Origin: Chiloscyllium plagiosum | Taxonomy: Eukaryota | Direction: 5' to 3' | NCBI RefSeq assembly: GCF_004010195.1 | Contig: NC_057760.1 | Span: forward strand, 1,802,776 to 1,866,775 | Length of the DNA stretch: 64,000 nt | In this document: positions 37,401 to 50,644 of the stretch, in pieces | How positions within the stretch are numbered: the first letter of the stretch is position 1 | How the letters are laid out: each line of letters opens with the position of its first letter | Position numbers and translations under genes: made by a program | The notes under the pieces: model-generated | Databases searched by the model: none | What the model was told of the DNA's origin: nothing | Seen by the model: only the letters and a program-made list of their open reading frames with translations

Positions 37401-39629
37401 CCCCTCCACACCTCGCCTTGGCGCACCCAGGCCGCAGACGGCAGGGAAATTTAGCCCCGTCTCTGTTGTATCCCAGGGGGAGCCGCCTGTGGTCCAACTG
37501 AGTCATGTCCCCACCGCCCTACCCTGGTGAAAACTCCCTCCCCACCCCCACCTGACCGCTCTAAGCCTGTTGATATCCCCATTCCGCCCAGTAAGGGAGC
37601 CCACTGGAGGTAAAGGTTAGGCCTCAGGGCTGAGGGGTGGCAGGAGCCACGTGGAAATGGGCTGGGGGGGGGGGGGGGGGGGGGTTAGGCACAGCGAGAC
37701 AGAGTTTCCAGTGTCACAATCCACGCCTGCCCCGGTCGGCCCGGATCGTTCGGGGGGGGGAGTGGCTTCAATCGACGGTCAGAGGTCAACGATAATTTTT
37801 GTCACGTTTAAGGATTTCAACACCGTCAGCCCGGACGGAACTCAGAATGGGGGCGTGGGGCCGGAGAGGCAGTTCCTCCTCTTATTCTCCTGCCCCTCGA
37901 ATGCTGCCTGACCGACTGTGCTTTTCCAGCACCACACTCTCAGAGATGCTTGGAGTGCTGTCAGGCTTAAAAGGGAGAGGGGGGTGGGATATGAAGGTTT
38001 AGAAGCAGGTCAATGCAGTGATGATAGAGACCAGCAGTGGTCTGATTGAACGGCTGACAGAACACAATGGCCTCATCCTGTTCCTATGTCAAAGCTGCGA
38101 TTATTCTGGAAAGGTACAGACAGGGACTAGACAGGCGAAGTATTTACAAGTCCAGAAGTGCTTTCAGCCCTCCATTTCTTAAAGTGGCTGGGGAGCCAGG
38201 ACAGGAAATTTAATTTGTCTGTTGCAAAGTGCAACCGCGCCACAGTCCGAAAAAAAACACTGCAGCAACGGCCCCCTCACACAGACCCTACCTCTCTCAT
38301 ATACACAAACATTCCCAAATACACTCACAAATATCGACACACACATTCCCACGCAAACCAACAGCCCCCACANNNNNNNNNNNNNNNNNNNNNNNNNNNN
38401 NNNNNNNNNNNNNNNNNNNNNNNNNNNNNNNNNNNNNNNNNNNNNNNNNNNNNNNNNNNNNNNNNNNNNNNNNNNNNNNNNNNNNNNNNNNNNNNNNNNN
38501 NNNNNNNNNNNNNNNNNNNNNNNNNNNNNNNNNNNNNNNNNNNNNNNNNNNNNNNNNNNNNNNNNNNNNNNNNNNNNNNNNNNNNNNNNNNNNNNNNNNN
38601 NNNNNNNNNNNNNNNNNNNNNNNNNNNNNNNNNNNNNNNNNNNNNNNNNNNNNNNNNNNNNNNNNNNNNNNNNNNNNNNNNNNNNNNNNNNNNNNNNNNN
38701 NNNNNNNNNNNNNNNNNNNNNNNNNNNNNNNNNNNNNNNNNNNNNNNNNNNNNNNNNNNNNNNNNNNNNNNNNNNNNNNNNNNNNNNNNNNNNNNNNNNN
38801 NNNNNNNNNNNNNNNNNNNNNNNNNNNNNNNNNNNNNNNNNNNNNNNNNNNNNNNNNNNNNNNNNNNNNNNNNNNNNNNNNNNNNNNNNNNNNNNNNNNN
38901 NNNNNNNNNNNNNNNNNNNNNNNNNNNNNNNNNNNNNNNNNNNNNNNNNNNNNNNNNNNNNNNNNNNNNNNNNNNNNNNNNNNNNNNNNNNNNNNNNNNN
39001 NNNNNNNNNNNNNNNNNNNNNNNNNNNNNNNNNNNNNNNNNNNNNNNNNNNNNNNNNNNNNNNNNNNNNNNNNNNNNNNNNNNNNNNNNNNNNNNNNNNN
39101 NNNNNNNNNNNNNNNNNNNNNNNNNNNNNNNNNNNNNNNNNNNNNNNNNNNNNNNCACACAGTCCCCCCTGCTCCCCCCCCCCCACCCCCACAAATACTC
39201 ACACACACAGACACGCAGAAAAAACACATTCAGGGCTGCAGAGGCTCCACCTCTCGGCACAGTCACGATTTGTGCTTCTGCAAGTCTTGGCTCCCACCCT
39301 ACCCCTCTCCCCTCTCCCCCCACCCAGGGGACACAGCTCACCTCCTGCTGCTGCTGAGAGGCTCAGGTGGGAATAGGACTGCCACTCCCTTCCCTTCTAC
39401 TCACCCCCATCCCTCACCCCCTTCTCCGCCAGAACACACCAGTCAGAGCTCTCAGTGGGGGTGGGGAGGGGGACGAGCTGGGCATCGAGCGAAATCCCTC
39501 TGCCGTCTCCGTGGCACGCCAAATGGGGCCAAGTGAGTGCTACGGGTACCCTGAGGTGCCCAGGGAAAGAAGCTGTCGTCAGGGGCAAAGAGGGTGGTGA
39601 AGGGAGAGGAAGCAGGAAAACAACAGGTA

Positions 39630-40120
39630 AACACACACACAGAGGCACATGTACACACACATACAGGCGCACCCATACACGCACAGGTTCAAGCATGCAT
39701 GCACACAGGTACACACACAGGCACCCAGGCATGGGTGCGCACATGCACACACGTACAGACACCCAGGTACAGGTGCACACATGCACACACATACAGGTTC
39801 AGGTGCACACATACACACACATACAGGTGCACACATGCACACATACAGGCACATGTACAGGTGCACACACATATAGGCACCCACATGCACACACATACAG
39901 GAACACATACATACACACACAGGTACAAGCGTGCATGCACACGGGTACACACGTACAGGCACGTGTGTGCTCATGCTCATATACTCACACACAGATACAC
40001 ACTCCCACATATACTCACACACAGGCACACTCCCACATATACTCACACACAGACACACACTCCCACACATGCTCACACACAGATAGACATCCAGACAGAC
40101 AGACACACACACACACAGAC
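39630..40120. repeat. Degenerate (CA)n/(CATA)n microsatellite
   Basis: Visible low-complexity tract. Confidence 0.95.
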
Positions 40121-40397
40121 ACCCCTTCCTGAAGGCTGCCACTTGCATTGTGAGGTGGTGCGAGCAGCAGAGTGTTGGGGAAGCCCATTCTCCATTCCCC
40201 TACCCCCACAAGGCCGAGGACACGGTTAGCAACAGATACAGAGAACGATAATACTGGGGTTGAGGGTGGGGCCGGGAGGAGCAGGAGTGTGGAGGAGGGA
40301 AGGGGAGGGGGTAAAGTAGGGGGTTCTGCTCCCTCCGAAGCGGTGGGTTAAGTAACGAGGCACCAGGACAGGCACTGCATGCGACGGGAGCAGCCCT

Positions 40398-40655
<258 letters not shown>

Positions 40656-40667
40656 TTAATTAATATT

Positions 40668-41105
40668 CATAGAGTCATAGAATCATTACAGTGTGGGAAG
40701 AGGCCATTCGGCCCATCCAGTCCGCACCGACTCTCCGAACAGCAACCCACCACTCCCTGTCCCAACCCTGTACTCGTGCATTTCCCGTGGCTAGCCCCTC
40801 TAACCTGTACATCCCTGGGCACTATGGGACAATTTAGCATGGCCAATCCACCCTAACCTGCACATCCTTGGGCACTATGGGACAATTTAGCATGGCCAAC
40901 CCACCCTGACCTGCACATCCCTGGACACTACGGGACAGTTTAGCACGGCCAATCCACCCTAACCTGCACATCTTTGGATTGTGGGAGGAAACCCACACAG
41001 ACACAGGGAGAATGTGCAAACCCCACACAGTCACCCCGAGGCTGGAGTAAATCCTGGGTCCCTGGCGCCATGAGGCAGCAGCGCCAACCACTGAGCCACC
41101 ATGCC
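40668..41105 (-). mobile_element. HE1-like V-SINE with about three 53-bp units
   Basis: tRNA head (tggctcagtggttggcgc on - strand), V-domain, catagagtcatagaatc tail. Confidence 0.85.
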
Positions 41106-42174
41106 AGTCCCAGAAGGGGTAGGGGCCCATCTCAGTTGGAGGGTGGGCACCCCAGGACAACCATGCCCGGTGCAGCCCAGAGTTGTACCAATGAAATCAC
41201 CTTTCCACTGAACCAAGTTGAAGGGAGTGGAGAGTGAGCGGGTTGGGGGGTGGGGGGGGGGAGTTCAGAAAGGACTGCGCGCTGACGCTTGTTCTCAACA
41301 TTAATCCCTGTGTCCCCTCAGCTTGAACACGGGATGGAGGGGTGGTCTCTGCGCCCAGCGGCTGGGAGCCTGGACCTTGCCAACAGGCACTGGCAGTGGG
41401 CCAACCGGTTAGTGAAGCGGAATGGGTGGGCGGCACTGGCAGGGTTTGTGTTCCCCCACCCGCCCTCCAGCTATGGGCACCAGCCTCCAAGTCAGGACTG
41501 ACCTGCCCAGCACTTGTTGGTGAGGGGCCTTTGGTGGAAGGAAGGGTGAGGGTGAGTGTCAATAACAGATCTGCTGACCCCACACTTTCAGTGTGGGGGC
41601 AAAGGGCGCCGTCGATTACCCCCCCCTCGCAACTCCCACCGGGCCTGGTGCCGCACTGAGGGAGTGCCACACTGCCCTCACAGTCAGAGCCGTTCCAAAG
41701 GGGTGGGCTGTCTCAAGTGGAACAGGGTGGGTGTGCGACTGAGATGCCTGGATGGGTGCTTCCCCTACACTCTCCGCTCCCCCTCTACCCCCACAATGGT
41801 ACGCTATACCCACTGCAGAGTGTGGCACCGATGCCACAGTGGCAGACTCAGGAACCCACTGCTGCTGCCTCCATCCCAATCCAGGCATCAACACGACCGG
41901 ATTCTGGGGCTGCAGCCCAGGGATACCCAGGCAGGGCTGGGTCAAAGACAACGCTCACATCCCCAGGGCCTCTTTCAGACCCTCAGCAACCCACCCCACC
42001 CCCCCACAAACCTCCACCCTGGGCACCTGACTGACTGTTCACTGACCATTGGAACGCTGGCCGCTGGGTTTGCAAACAGGTCCCCAAGTCTATCCTGAGC
42101 TGTGCTGCTGCTGTAACACATGTCAAATAACGTCACCTCAGGTTAAATTAATTTCGCCGAACCATCTTAACGTA

Positions 42175-42705
42175 GCGGAGAGCTCCCTCTACACTGTCGC
42201 CATCAAACACTCCCAGGACAGGGACAGTACAGGATTAGAGTAAAGCTCTCTCTACACTGTCCCCCCCATCAAACACTCCCAGGACAGGACAGCACGGGGT
42301 TAGATATAGAGTAAAGCTCTCTCTACACTGTCCCCATCAAACACTCCCAGGACAGGGACAGCACAGGATTAGAGTAAAGCTCCCTCTACACTGTCCCCAT
42401 CAAACACTCCCAGGACAGGGATAGCACAGGATTAGAGTAAAGCTCTCTCTACACTGTCCCCATCAAACACTCCCAGGACAGGGATAGCACAGGGTTAGAT
42501 ACAGAGTAAAGCTCCCTCTACACTGTCGCTATCAAACACTCCCAGGACAGGGACAGCACAGGATTAGATACAGAGTAAAGCTCCTTCTACGTTGCCTCCC
42601 CATCAAATGCTGCCAGGACAGGGGCAGCACAGGGTAAATCTCCCTCTACACTGTCCCCACATCAAACACTCCCAGGACAGAGACAGCATGGGGTTAGATA
42701 CAGAG
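42175..42705 (-). repeat. 72-bp-family minisatellite, inverted orientation
   Basis: Reverse complement of the 9745-10865 unit. Runs into a gap. Confidence 0.95.
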
Positions 42706-43205
42706 NNNNNNNNNNNNNNNNNNNNNNNNNNNNNNNNNNNNNNNNNNNNNNNNNNNNNNNNNNNNNNNNNNNNNNNNNNNNNNNNNNNNNNNNNNNNNNN
42801 NNNNNNNNNNNNNNNNNNNNNNNNNNNNNNNNNNNNNNNNNNNNNNNNNNNNNNNNNNNNNNNNNNNNNNNNNNNNNNNNNNNNNNNNNNNNNNNNNNNN
42901 NNNNNNNNNNNNNNNNNNNNNNNNNNNNNNNNNNNNNNNNNNNNNNNNNNNNNNNNNNNNNNNNNNNNNNNNNNNNNNNNNNNNNNNNNNNNNNNNNNNN
43001 NNNNNNNNNNNNNNNNNNNNNNNNNNNNNNNNNNNNNNNNNNNNNNNNNNNNNNNNNNNNNNNNNNNNNNNNNNNNNNNNNNNNNNNNNNNNNNNNNNNN
43101 NNNNNNNNNNNNNNNNNNNNNNNNNNNNNNNNNNNNNNNNNNNNNNNNNNNNNNNNNNNNNNNNNNNNNNNNNNNNNNNNNNNNNNNNNNNNNNNNNNNN
43201 NNNNN

Positions 43206-45300
43206 TGGTTTTGAAACTTCATTTTTTTGTAAATCTTAAGCAGGGGTTTAATCAGATCAGTATAGTGTTGTAGGTTGGGGAGAGGTATAAATCAATTAGC
43301 TAAGGGAGGCTTATAGTGAGGATAGTTGTTGTTTAATGTCCTTTTTTTTGGAGTTAAAGAATAAATTGTTAAGTTTTCTTTAAATAGTGGAATTTGGGTA
43401 GTTCTTTGTCACTCATACTTTTACAGACTACAAGGTGAGGTGAGTTTTTCTGTGTGTCTGGTTTAAATTAGCAAAAGGGTTTACCCCATAATGTAACACG
43501 ATATTCTATATTCTTATCCAAATTATTTATATAAATGACAAACAAAAGAGGATCCAGCACAGATCTCTGTGGAACACCTCTGGTCAAAGGCCGCCAGTCC
43601 TTGAAGCAACCCTCCACCATCACCCTCTATCTCCTGCCGTTAAGCCAATTTTGTATCTAATTGGCAAACTCACCCTGAATCCCATGTGACGTAATTCTTT
43701 GGTAACTTCCTCAAAAAACTCAAATCAAGTTTCTCCTCACACAAAACCATGCTGACTATCCCTAATCAAGTTTTGCCCCTCAAAATGTATATAAATCTTA
43801 CTTTTTATCATCATCTCCAACTATTTGCACATACCCAAAGTCAAACGCACAGGTCTACTGTTCCCTGGTTCGTCTTTCCAGCATTTCTTAAACAAAGGTA
43901 CAACATTGACCACTCTCCCGTCATCAGGCACCTCATCTGGAGTTATAGATGATGCAAATATATCTCCAAGGGATCTGGCAATTTCCTTCCTTACTTCCCA
44001 CAACGTTGTGGGATAAATTAGATCAGGTCCCAGAGATTTCTTCTCCTAAGAACATGCTCTTCTGTGATGTGAACTGATTCTAAGACATACAGTTTTATTT
44101 CTTTGTGTTCTTTAGCCTCCGTTTCTTTCTCTACAGTAAATATTCATTTAGTGGCTCTCTCATCTCCTGGGCTTCAACACCAAGACAAGATCTTTAAGAG
44201 ACCCTACCATCTCTCTAGTTATCCTCTTACTTAAAAAGTACTTGTAGAATCTCTTTGGACTATCCTTAACCTTACCTGCCCAAGATTTCTCATATCCCCC
44301 CTTTACCTTCCTGATTTCTCTGTTAAGAATGCCCCTACACTCTTTATATTAATGAAGTGATTCAATAGAACCAAGTTACTTACATTTAAAATAAGATTCT
44401 CTTTTATTCTTGACTAGAATGTCAATATTTTTATTCATTTTTTTGTTCCTTAATCTTGCCAGCCTTACCCTTCACTCTCACGGGAATATGATACCCCTGA
44501 ACGCTCAGTGTCGGTATCTCTGACACTCCCTGTTTTTACCTGTCAGCCAGGGCTCCCTGATTGGGGCTGTAAATCTGGAACAATCAGGGAACTCATATTC
44601 TGTGAAGTCCTCCTGCCTGACCTTGTTGTAATCATTACTTCGCTCCCCCATGTATGTCCAGGGACATGGGCCTGTTCTTTTCCTGTAGCTTCTTGTGGGG
44701 CATTTTTGGACTAGGTCTGATTCCTCTGACTCTGCCGCAGATACAGGCAGTGTGTCTCAGATTGTAGCCTGGCTCTTGCACCCAGAGCGTCCTGGAAGAA
44801 ATCCCTCATCATCATCAGGTAGTAAAGGCGTTGAGGCTGCGACATCTGCTGTCTCCACCTCAGACTCCAAGGTTTCTTCAATGTTGGATAGAGGGGCAGA
44901 ACCCAAGGGTTCCTACAGCCTTTCCGGCTGTTCTGAGGGGCTGAGAATGCCCCATTTGCAGGGTTGAAGCTTTTATGTGGTGTCCACGTTTGTTCAGGAT
45001 CGCCTCACATTCCTGAACTTTGTACGTCGTGGGACCTGACCTCATCCCCAGAAGTAAACTGGCGGTTTACTGTTGGTAAACAGTCTCATTGACAGGAACA
45101 ATTGGCGTTCCTGATGGGGTTTCACTCTGCCCCTCCACCTGATCCAGGAAGATCAGACTGAACCTAGTGCAGAGTCTTCTCCTCATTAGTAAGTCTGCCA
45201 GTGCTCTCCCAGTAATCGCATGTCAAATAAGAACCATGACATCTAGGTATCTAGTGAGGCTGGAGGCTGTTTCTTCAAGTCAGTCTTCAGAGTTTGGACC
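43206..45300. mobile_element. Composite: LTR 3' end (43206-43497), CR1 fragment (-, ~43500-44500), Gypsy LTR/PPT/integrase tail (-, ~44510-45300)
   Basis: Similarity to 19850-20135; VVNVVPLFKK…PGNSRPVRLT; ctgtcagccagggctccctgattggggc LTR core. Confidence 0.6.
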
Positions 45301-45637
45301 CCTCTTTCTGTCAGACTATTGGATGATGGGTGGTATGGAGCTGTCCTTGTATGCCGGAGAGCCAACTACCCATCGATCAGAGCTAATACCACCCCTGATG
45401 CCAAATAGGGAGGCATCTCGGGTCAGTCTGTCTTTGGACCACAGTGTGGCAACACCTTATAGGATTATAGCTGTTTCTTTACTTTATTGAAAGCCAGGGA
45501 CTTGTCTAGGAGACCCTTTTCCAGTTGGTGCCAGTAAGTGTTAGGATGGATGCCAGCTTCTGTATGAGCTTCCCATAATACTTTACCATACCAAGGAACG
45601 ACCTTAGCTCCTGGACAGATGTGGTTTGATTGCAGCC

Positions 45638-45681
<44 letters not shown>

Positions 45682-46303
45682 CCACACACGTGNNNNNNNN
45701 NNNNNNNNNNNNNNNNNNNNNNNNNNNNNNNNNNNNNNNNNNNNNNNNNNNNNNNNNNNNNNNNNNNNNNNNNNNNNNNNNNNNNNNNNNNNNNNNNNNN
45801 NNNNNNNNNNNNNNNNNNNNNNNNNNNNNNNNNNNNNNNNNNNNNNNNNNNNNNNNNNNNNNNNNNNNNNNNNNNNNNNNNNNNNNNNNNNNNNNNNNNN
45901 NNNNNNNNNNNNNNNNNNNNNNNNNNNNNNNNNNNNNNNNNNNNNNNNNNNNNNNNNNNNNNNNNNNNNNNNNNNNNNNNNNNNNNNNNNNNNNNNNNNN
46001 NNNNNNNNNNNNNNNNNNNNNNNNNNNNNNNNNNNNNNNNNNNNNNNNNNNNNNNNNNNNNNNNNNNNNNNNNNNNNNNNNNNNNNNNNNNNNNNNNNNN
46101 NNNNNNNNNNNNNNNNNNNNNNNNNNNNNNNNNNNNNNNNNNNNNNNNNNNNNNNNNNNNNNNNNNNNNNNNNNNNNNNNNNNNNNNNNNNNNNNNNNNN
46201 NNNNNNNNNNNNNNNNNNNNNNNNNNNNNNNNNNNNNNNNNNNNNNNNNNNNNNNNNNNNNNNNNNNNNNNNNNNNNNNNNNNNNNNNNNNNNNNNNNNN
46301 NNN

Positions 46304-46785
46304 GTGTAGAGGGAGCTTTACTCTGTATCTAACCTCGTGCTGTCCCTGTCCCTGGGAGTGTTTGATGGGGGGACAGTGTAGAGGGAGCTTTACTCTGTAT
46401 CTAACCCCGTGCTGTCCCTGTCCCTGGGAGTGTTTGATGGGGGGACAGTGTAGAGGGAGCTTTACTCTGTATCTAACCCCGTGCTGTCCCTGTCCCTGGG
46501 AGTGTTTGATGGGGGGACAGTGTAGAGGGAGCTTTACTCTGTATCTAACCCCGTGCTGTCCCTGTTTTTGGGAGTGTTTGATGGGGGGGACAGTGTAGAG
46601 GTAGCTTTACTCTGTATCTAACCCCGTGCTATCCCTGTCCCTGGGAGTGTTTGATGGGGGGGACAGTGTAGAGGGAGCTTTACTCTGTATCTAACCCCGT
46701 GCTGTCCCTGTCCCTGGGAGTGTTTGATGGGGGGACAGTGTAGAGGGAGCTTTACTCTGTACCTAACCCCGTGCTGTCACTGTCA
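46304..46785 (+). repeat. 72-bp intronic minisatellite upstream of repeat exon A
   Basis: 24-aa periodic translation CRGSFTLYLTPCCPCPWECLMGGQ. Further arrays at 47160-47320, 51408-51835, 52240-52750, 53515-54355, 62710-63295 and 63650-63935. Confidence 0.95.
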
Positions 46786-46836
46786 GTGTGCAATGTGTGC
46801 TTTACTCACCATTAATTACATGTGGTTTAATTTCAG

Positions 46837-47121
46837 GAGATAGATGATGATGATGATGATGATATCTCTGAGATCCTGAAAACCTCTCCGATGTCAATGA
46901 GGGACCGTCTGGAGATGAAGGCCAATGAGCTGGTGGAGGAATTTAAGCAGCAACTGGAAGTGGGTGAGGAACCGAGAGAGAGTGAGGTCACGGTGTTGGA
47001 TAATCTCCTGAAGAAAGACACTGAGAACTTCTGCAAGGCTTATACGACAAACTATAACTGGGCCATTGGCAAGCTGAGGCAAACGTTGCTGAAGGGGTTT
47101 GAATGTTTCATCAAGGAGCAG
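46837..47121 (+). CDS. Repeat exon A (95 aa), RNF112/atlastin-like helical middle-domain unit
   Basis: tttaatttcAG…CAG/GTAACT, 285 nt, phase 0-0, open: EIDDDDDDDISEILKTSPMSMRDRLEMKANELVEEFKQQ…FCKAYTTNYNWAIGKLRQTLLKGFECFIKEQ. Confidence 0.85.
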
Positions 47122-47324
47122 GTAACTCAGATCCAAAATGTACAGTGCTTGTGAATGCAACAGTGTAGAGGGAGCTTTACTCTGTATCTAACCCTGTGCT
47201 GGGAGTGTTTGATGGGGGGGACAGTGTTGAGGGAGCTTTACTCTATATCTAACCCCGTGCTGTTCCTGTCCCTGGGAGTGTTTGATGGGGGGTGGGGGGA
47301 CAGTGTAGAGGGAGCTTAACTTGT

Positions 47325-50300
47325 GTTTTTGGGATCCTTGAGGGGGAGCAGCCCAAGTCGTTATCCGCATAGGCACCAACGGCATTGTAGGAAAAGGGAT
47401 GGAGATGTAAGGCAGATATTCAGGGAGATAGGGTGTAAGCTTAGAGGTAGAACAAACAGTTGTTATCTCTGGTTTGTTGTCTGTCCACGTGCGATTGAGG
47501 TGAGGAACAAGGAGCGAACAGAGCTGAGCACATGACTACAGGTTTGGTGCAGGAGGGAGGGATTCAGATACCTGGATAATTGAGGCTCATTCTGGGACAA
47601 GTGGGACCTCTACAACTGGATGGTCTACACCTGAACCAGAGGGGTACCAATATCCTGGAGGGTGGAATTTGCTAATGCTCTTTGGGAGAGTTTAAACTAA
47701 TTCAGCAGGGGAATTGGAACCTTAAACGTAGTTCCAGTGTTCAGGAGGTTCGCGTAGTGAGGTCAGTAATAATGTTTCAAGGTTGTAGGAGTGTACTGGC
47801 AGGCAGGGAGGTGGTTTGTAGTGTGTCTAGTTCAACATCAGGAGCATCCGGAATAAGATGCTCTGGAATAAGGTGAACTTGCAGCATGGGTTGGTACCTG
47901 GGACTTCGATATTGTCATTTTGGAGATATGGATAGAGTAGAGACAGGAATGGTTGTTGCAGGTTCCGAGATTTAGATGTTTCAGTAAGAAAAGAGAAGAT
48001 TGTAAAAGAAGAGGAGGTGTGGCAGTGTTAGTCAAGGACTCTATTACGGTGGCAGAAAGGACATTAGAGAACTTGTCAACTGAGGTAGTATGGGCTGAGG
48101 TTAGAGACAGGAAAGGAGAGGTCACCCTGTTGGGAGTTACATATCAGCCTCGGAAAAGTTCCAAAGATGATCGCAAAGATGATCCTGGATAGGAGTGAAA
48201 GTAACAGGGTAGTTGTTATGGGGGGGCTTTAACTTTCTAAATATTGACTGGGAATACTATAGTTCAAGTACTTTAGGTGGGTCAGTTTTTGTCCAATGTG
48301 TGCAGGATGGTTTCCTGATACAGTATGTAGACAGGCCAATAAGGGATGAGGCCACACTGGATTTGGTAATGGGTAATGAACCTGGCCAGGCATTAGATTT
48401 GGAGGGAGGTGAGCACTTTGGTGATAGTGACCACAATTCAGTTTACTTTATTGATGGAGAGCGATAGGTATATACCGCAGGGCAAGAGTTATAGCTGGGG
48501 GGAAAGGCAATTATGATGCGATTAGGCAAGATTTAGGACACACAGGATGGGGAAGTAAACTGCCGGGGACATGCACAATTGAAATGTGAAACATATTCAA
48601 GGAACAGCTACTGAGTGTCCCTGATAAGTATGTACCTGTCAGGCAGGGAGGAAGTGGTTGAGCGTGGGAGCTGTGGTTTACTGAAGAAGTGGAATCTCTT
48701 GTCATGAGAAAGAAGAAGGCTTACGTTAGGATGTACAAAGTTAAAAATCACACAACACCAGGTTATAGTCCAACAGGTTTAATTGGAAGCACACTAGCTT
48801 TCGGAGCGACGCTCATTCATCAGGTGAAGGAGTGTCGCTTTGAAAGCTAGTGTGCTTCCAATTAAACCTGTTGGACTATAACCTGGTGTTGTGTGATTTT
48901 TAACTTTGTTCACCCCAGTCCAACACCGGCATCTCCAAATTATGACTACGTTAGGATGAGATGTGAAGACTCGGGGCGCTTGAGCGTTACAAGTTAACCA
49001 GGAAGGACGTAAAGAGAGAGCTAAGAAGAGCCAGGAGGAGACATGAGAAGTCCTTGGCAGCGAGGATCAAGGAAAACCCTAAAGCTTTCTATCGGTATAT
49101 CAGGTTAAAAGAATGACTCAAGTGAGATTAGGGCCAATCAAGGACAGTAGTGGGGAATTGTGCATGGAGTCCAAAGAGATAGGAGAGACACAAAATGAAT
49201 ATTTTTTGTCAGTATTCACACAGGAAAAAGACAATGTTGTCGAGGAGAACAGAGATACAGGCTACTACACCAGGTGGGATTGAGGTTGATAAGGACATGT
49301 TAGTAATTCTGGAAAGTGTGAAAATAGATAAGTCCCCTGGGCCAGATGGGATTTATCTGAGGATTCTCTGGGAAGCTGGGGAGGAGATTGCCAAGTCTTT
49401 GGCTCTGATCTTTATGCCGTCATTGTCTACAGGAATAGTGCCAGGAGACTGGTGGATAGCAAATGTTGTTCCCTTGTTCAAGAAGAGGAGTAGAGACAAC
49501 CCTGGTAATTATAGACCAGTGAGCCTTACTTCGGTGTGGGTAAAGTGTTGGAAAGGATTATAAGAGATGGGATTTATAATCATCTAGAAAGGAATAAGTT
49601 GATTAGGGATAGTAAACATGGTTTTGTGAAGGATAGTTCTTTGAGATGGTGACCGAACAGGTGGATGAGGGTAAAGTGGTTATGTGGTGTATATGGATTT
49701 CAGTAAAGTGTTTAATAAGGTTCCCCCCGGTAGGCTATTGCAGAAAATACAGAGGCATGGGATTGAGAGTGATTTAGCAGTTTGGATCAGAAATTGGTTA
49801 ACTGTAAGAAAACAGAGGGTGATGGTTGATGGGAAATGTTCATCCTGGAGTTCAGTTACTAGTGGTGTACCGCAAGGATCTGTTTTGGGGCCACTGCTGT
49901 TTGTCTATGAATGACATGACCTGGATGAGGGTATAGAAGGATGGGTTAGTAAATTTGCAGATGACANNNNNNNNNNNNNNNNNNNNNNNNNNNNNNNNNN
50001 NNNNNNNNNNNNNNNNNNNNNNNNNNNNNNNNNNNNNNNNNNNNNNNNNNNNNNNNNNNNNNNNNNNNNNNNNNNNNNNNNNNNNNNNNNNNNNNNNNNN
50101 NNNNNNNNNNNNNNNNNNNNNNNNNNNNNNNNNNNNNNNNNNNNNNNNNNNNNNNNNNNNNNNNNNNNNNNNNNNNNNNNNNNNNNNNNNNNNNNNNNNN
50201 NNNNNNNNNNNNNNNNNNNNNNNNNNNNNNNNNNNNNNNNNNNNNNNNNNNNNNNNNNNNNNNNNNNNNNNNNNNNNNNNNNNNNNNNNNNNNNNNNNNN

Positions 50301-50642
50301 NNNNNNAGGTATACAAGATAATGAGAGGCATAGATAGAGTCGATAGCCAGAGACTATTTCCCAGGGCAGAAATGACTAACACGAGGGGTCATAGTTTTAA
50401 GCTGGTTGGAGGAAAGTATAGAGGGGATGTCAGAGGCGGGTTCTTTACACAGAGAGTTGTGAGAGCATGGAATGCGTTGCTAGCAGCAGTTGTGGAGGCA
50501 GGGTCATTGGGGACATTTAAGAGACTCCTGGACATGCATATGGTCACAGAAATTTGAGGGTGCATACATGAGGATCAGTGGTCGGCACAATATCGTGGGC
50601 TGAAGGGCCTGTTCTGTGCTGTACTGTTCTATGTTCTATGTT
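47325..50642 (+). mobile_element. Near full-length decayed CR1 LINE in the A-B intron
   Basis: IRIGTN and DGLHLN (ORF1); GFNFLNIDW and SDHNSV (APE); NYRPVSLTS and VPQGSVLGP (RT); ctatgttctatgtt tail. Contains a gap. Confidence 0.9.
48734..48946. mobile_element. Foldback Penelope-derived insert with 12-bp TSD and hammerhead core
   Basis: tacgttaggatg at 48722-48733 and 48947-48958. Inverted arms of about 85 bp. Minus strand 48792-48826 reads cac-CTGATGA-a-TGAGC-gtc-GCTCC-GAAAG-CTA-gtg. Confidence 0.8.
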
Positions 50643-50644
50643 TT

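Larger units (their letters stand above)
34600..40397 (-). other. GATAD2B: Probable long 3'UTR of GATAD2B
   Basis: Follows the stop codon. U-rich, TGTA-rich distal block at 34600-35230 on the - strand. Candidate poly(A) signals ATTAAA (34611-34616) and AATAAG (34721-34726). The end is inferred, not proven. Confidence 0.55.

Noticed and set aside
36835..40229. His/Thr-rich or Cys/Val-rich ORFs
   Set aside because: Translations of (CA)n/(TG)n tracts.
45638..45692. Long poly-C/G tracts as functional G-quadruplexes (also 34290-34332, 16382-16399)
   Set aside because: They abut assembly gaps, so their lengths are unreliable and may be sequencing artefacts.
46891..47154. Treating the MSMRDRL… ORFs as standalone small genes
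   Set aside because: The frame is open back to a conserved acceptor, and similarity among divergent copies ends at the conserved GT donor, indicating internal exons.
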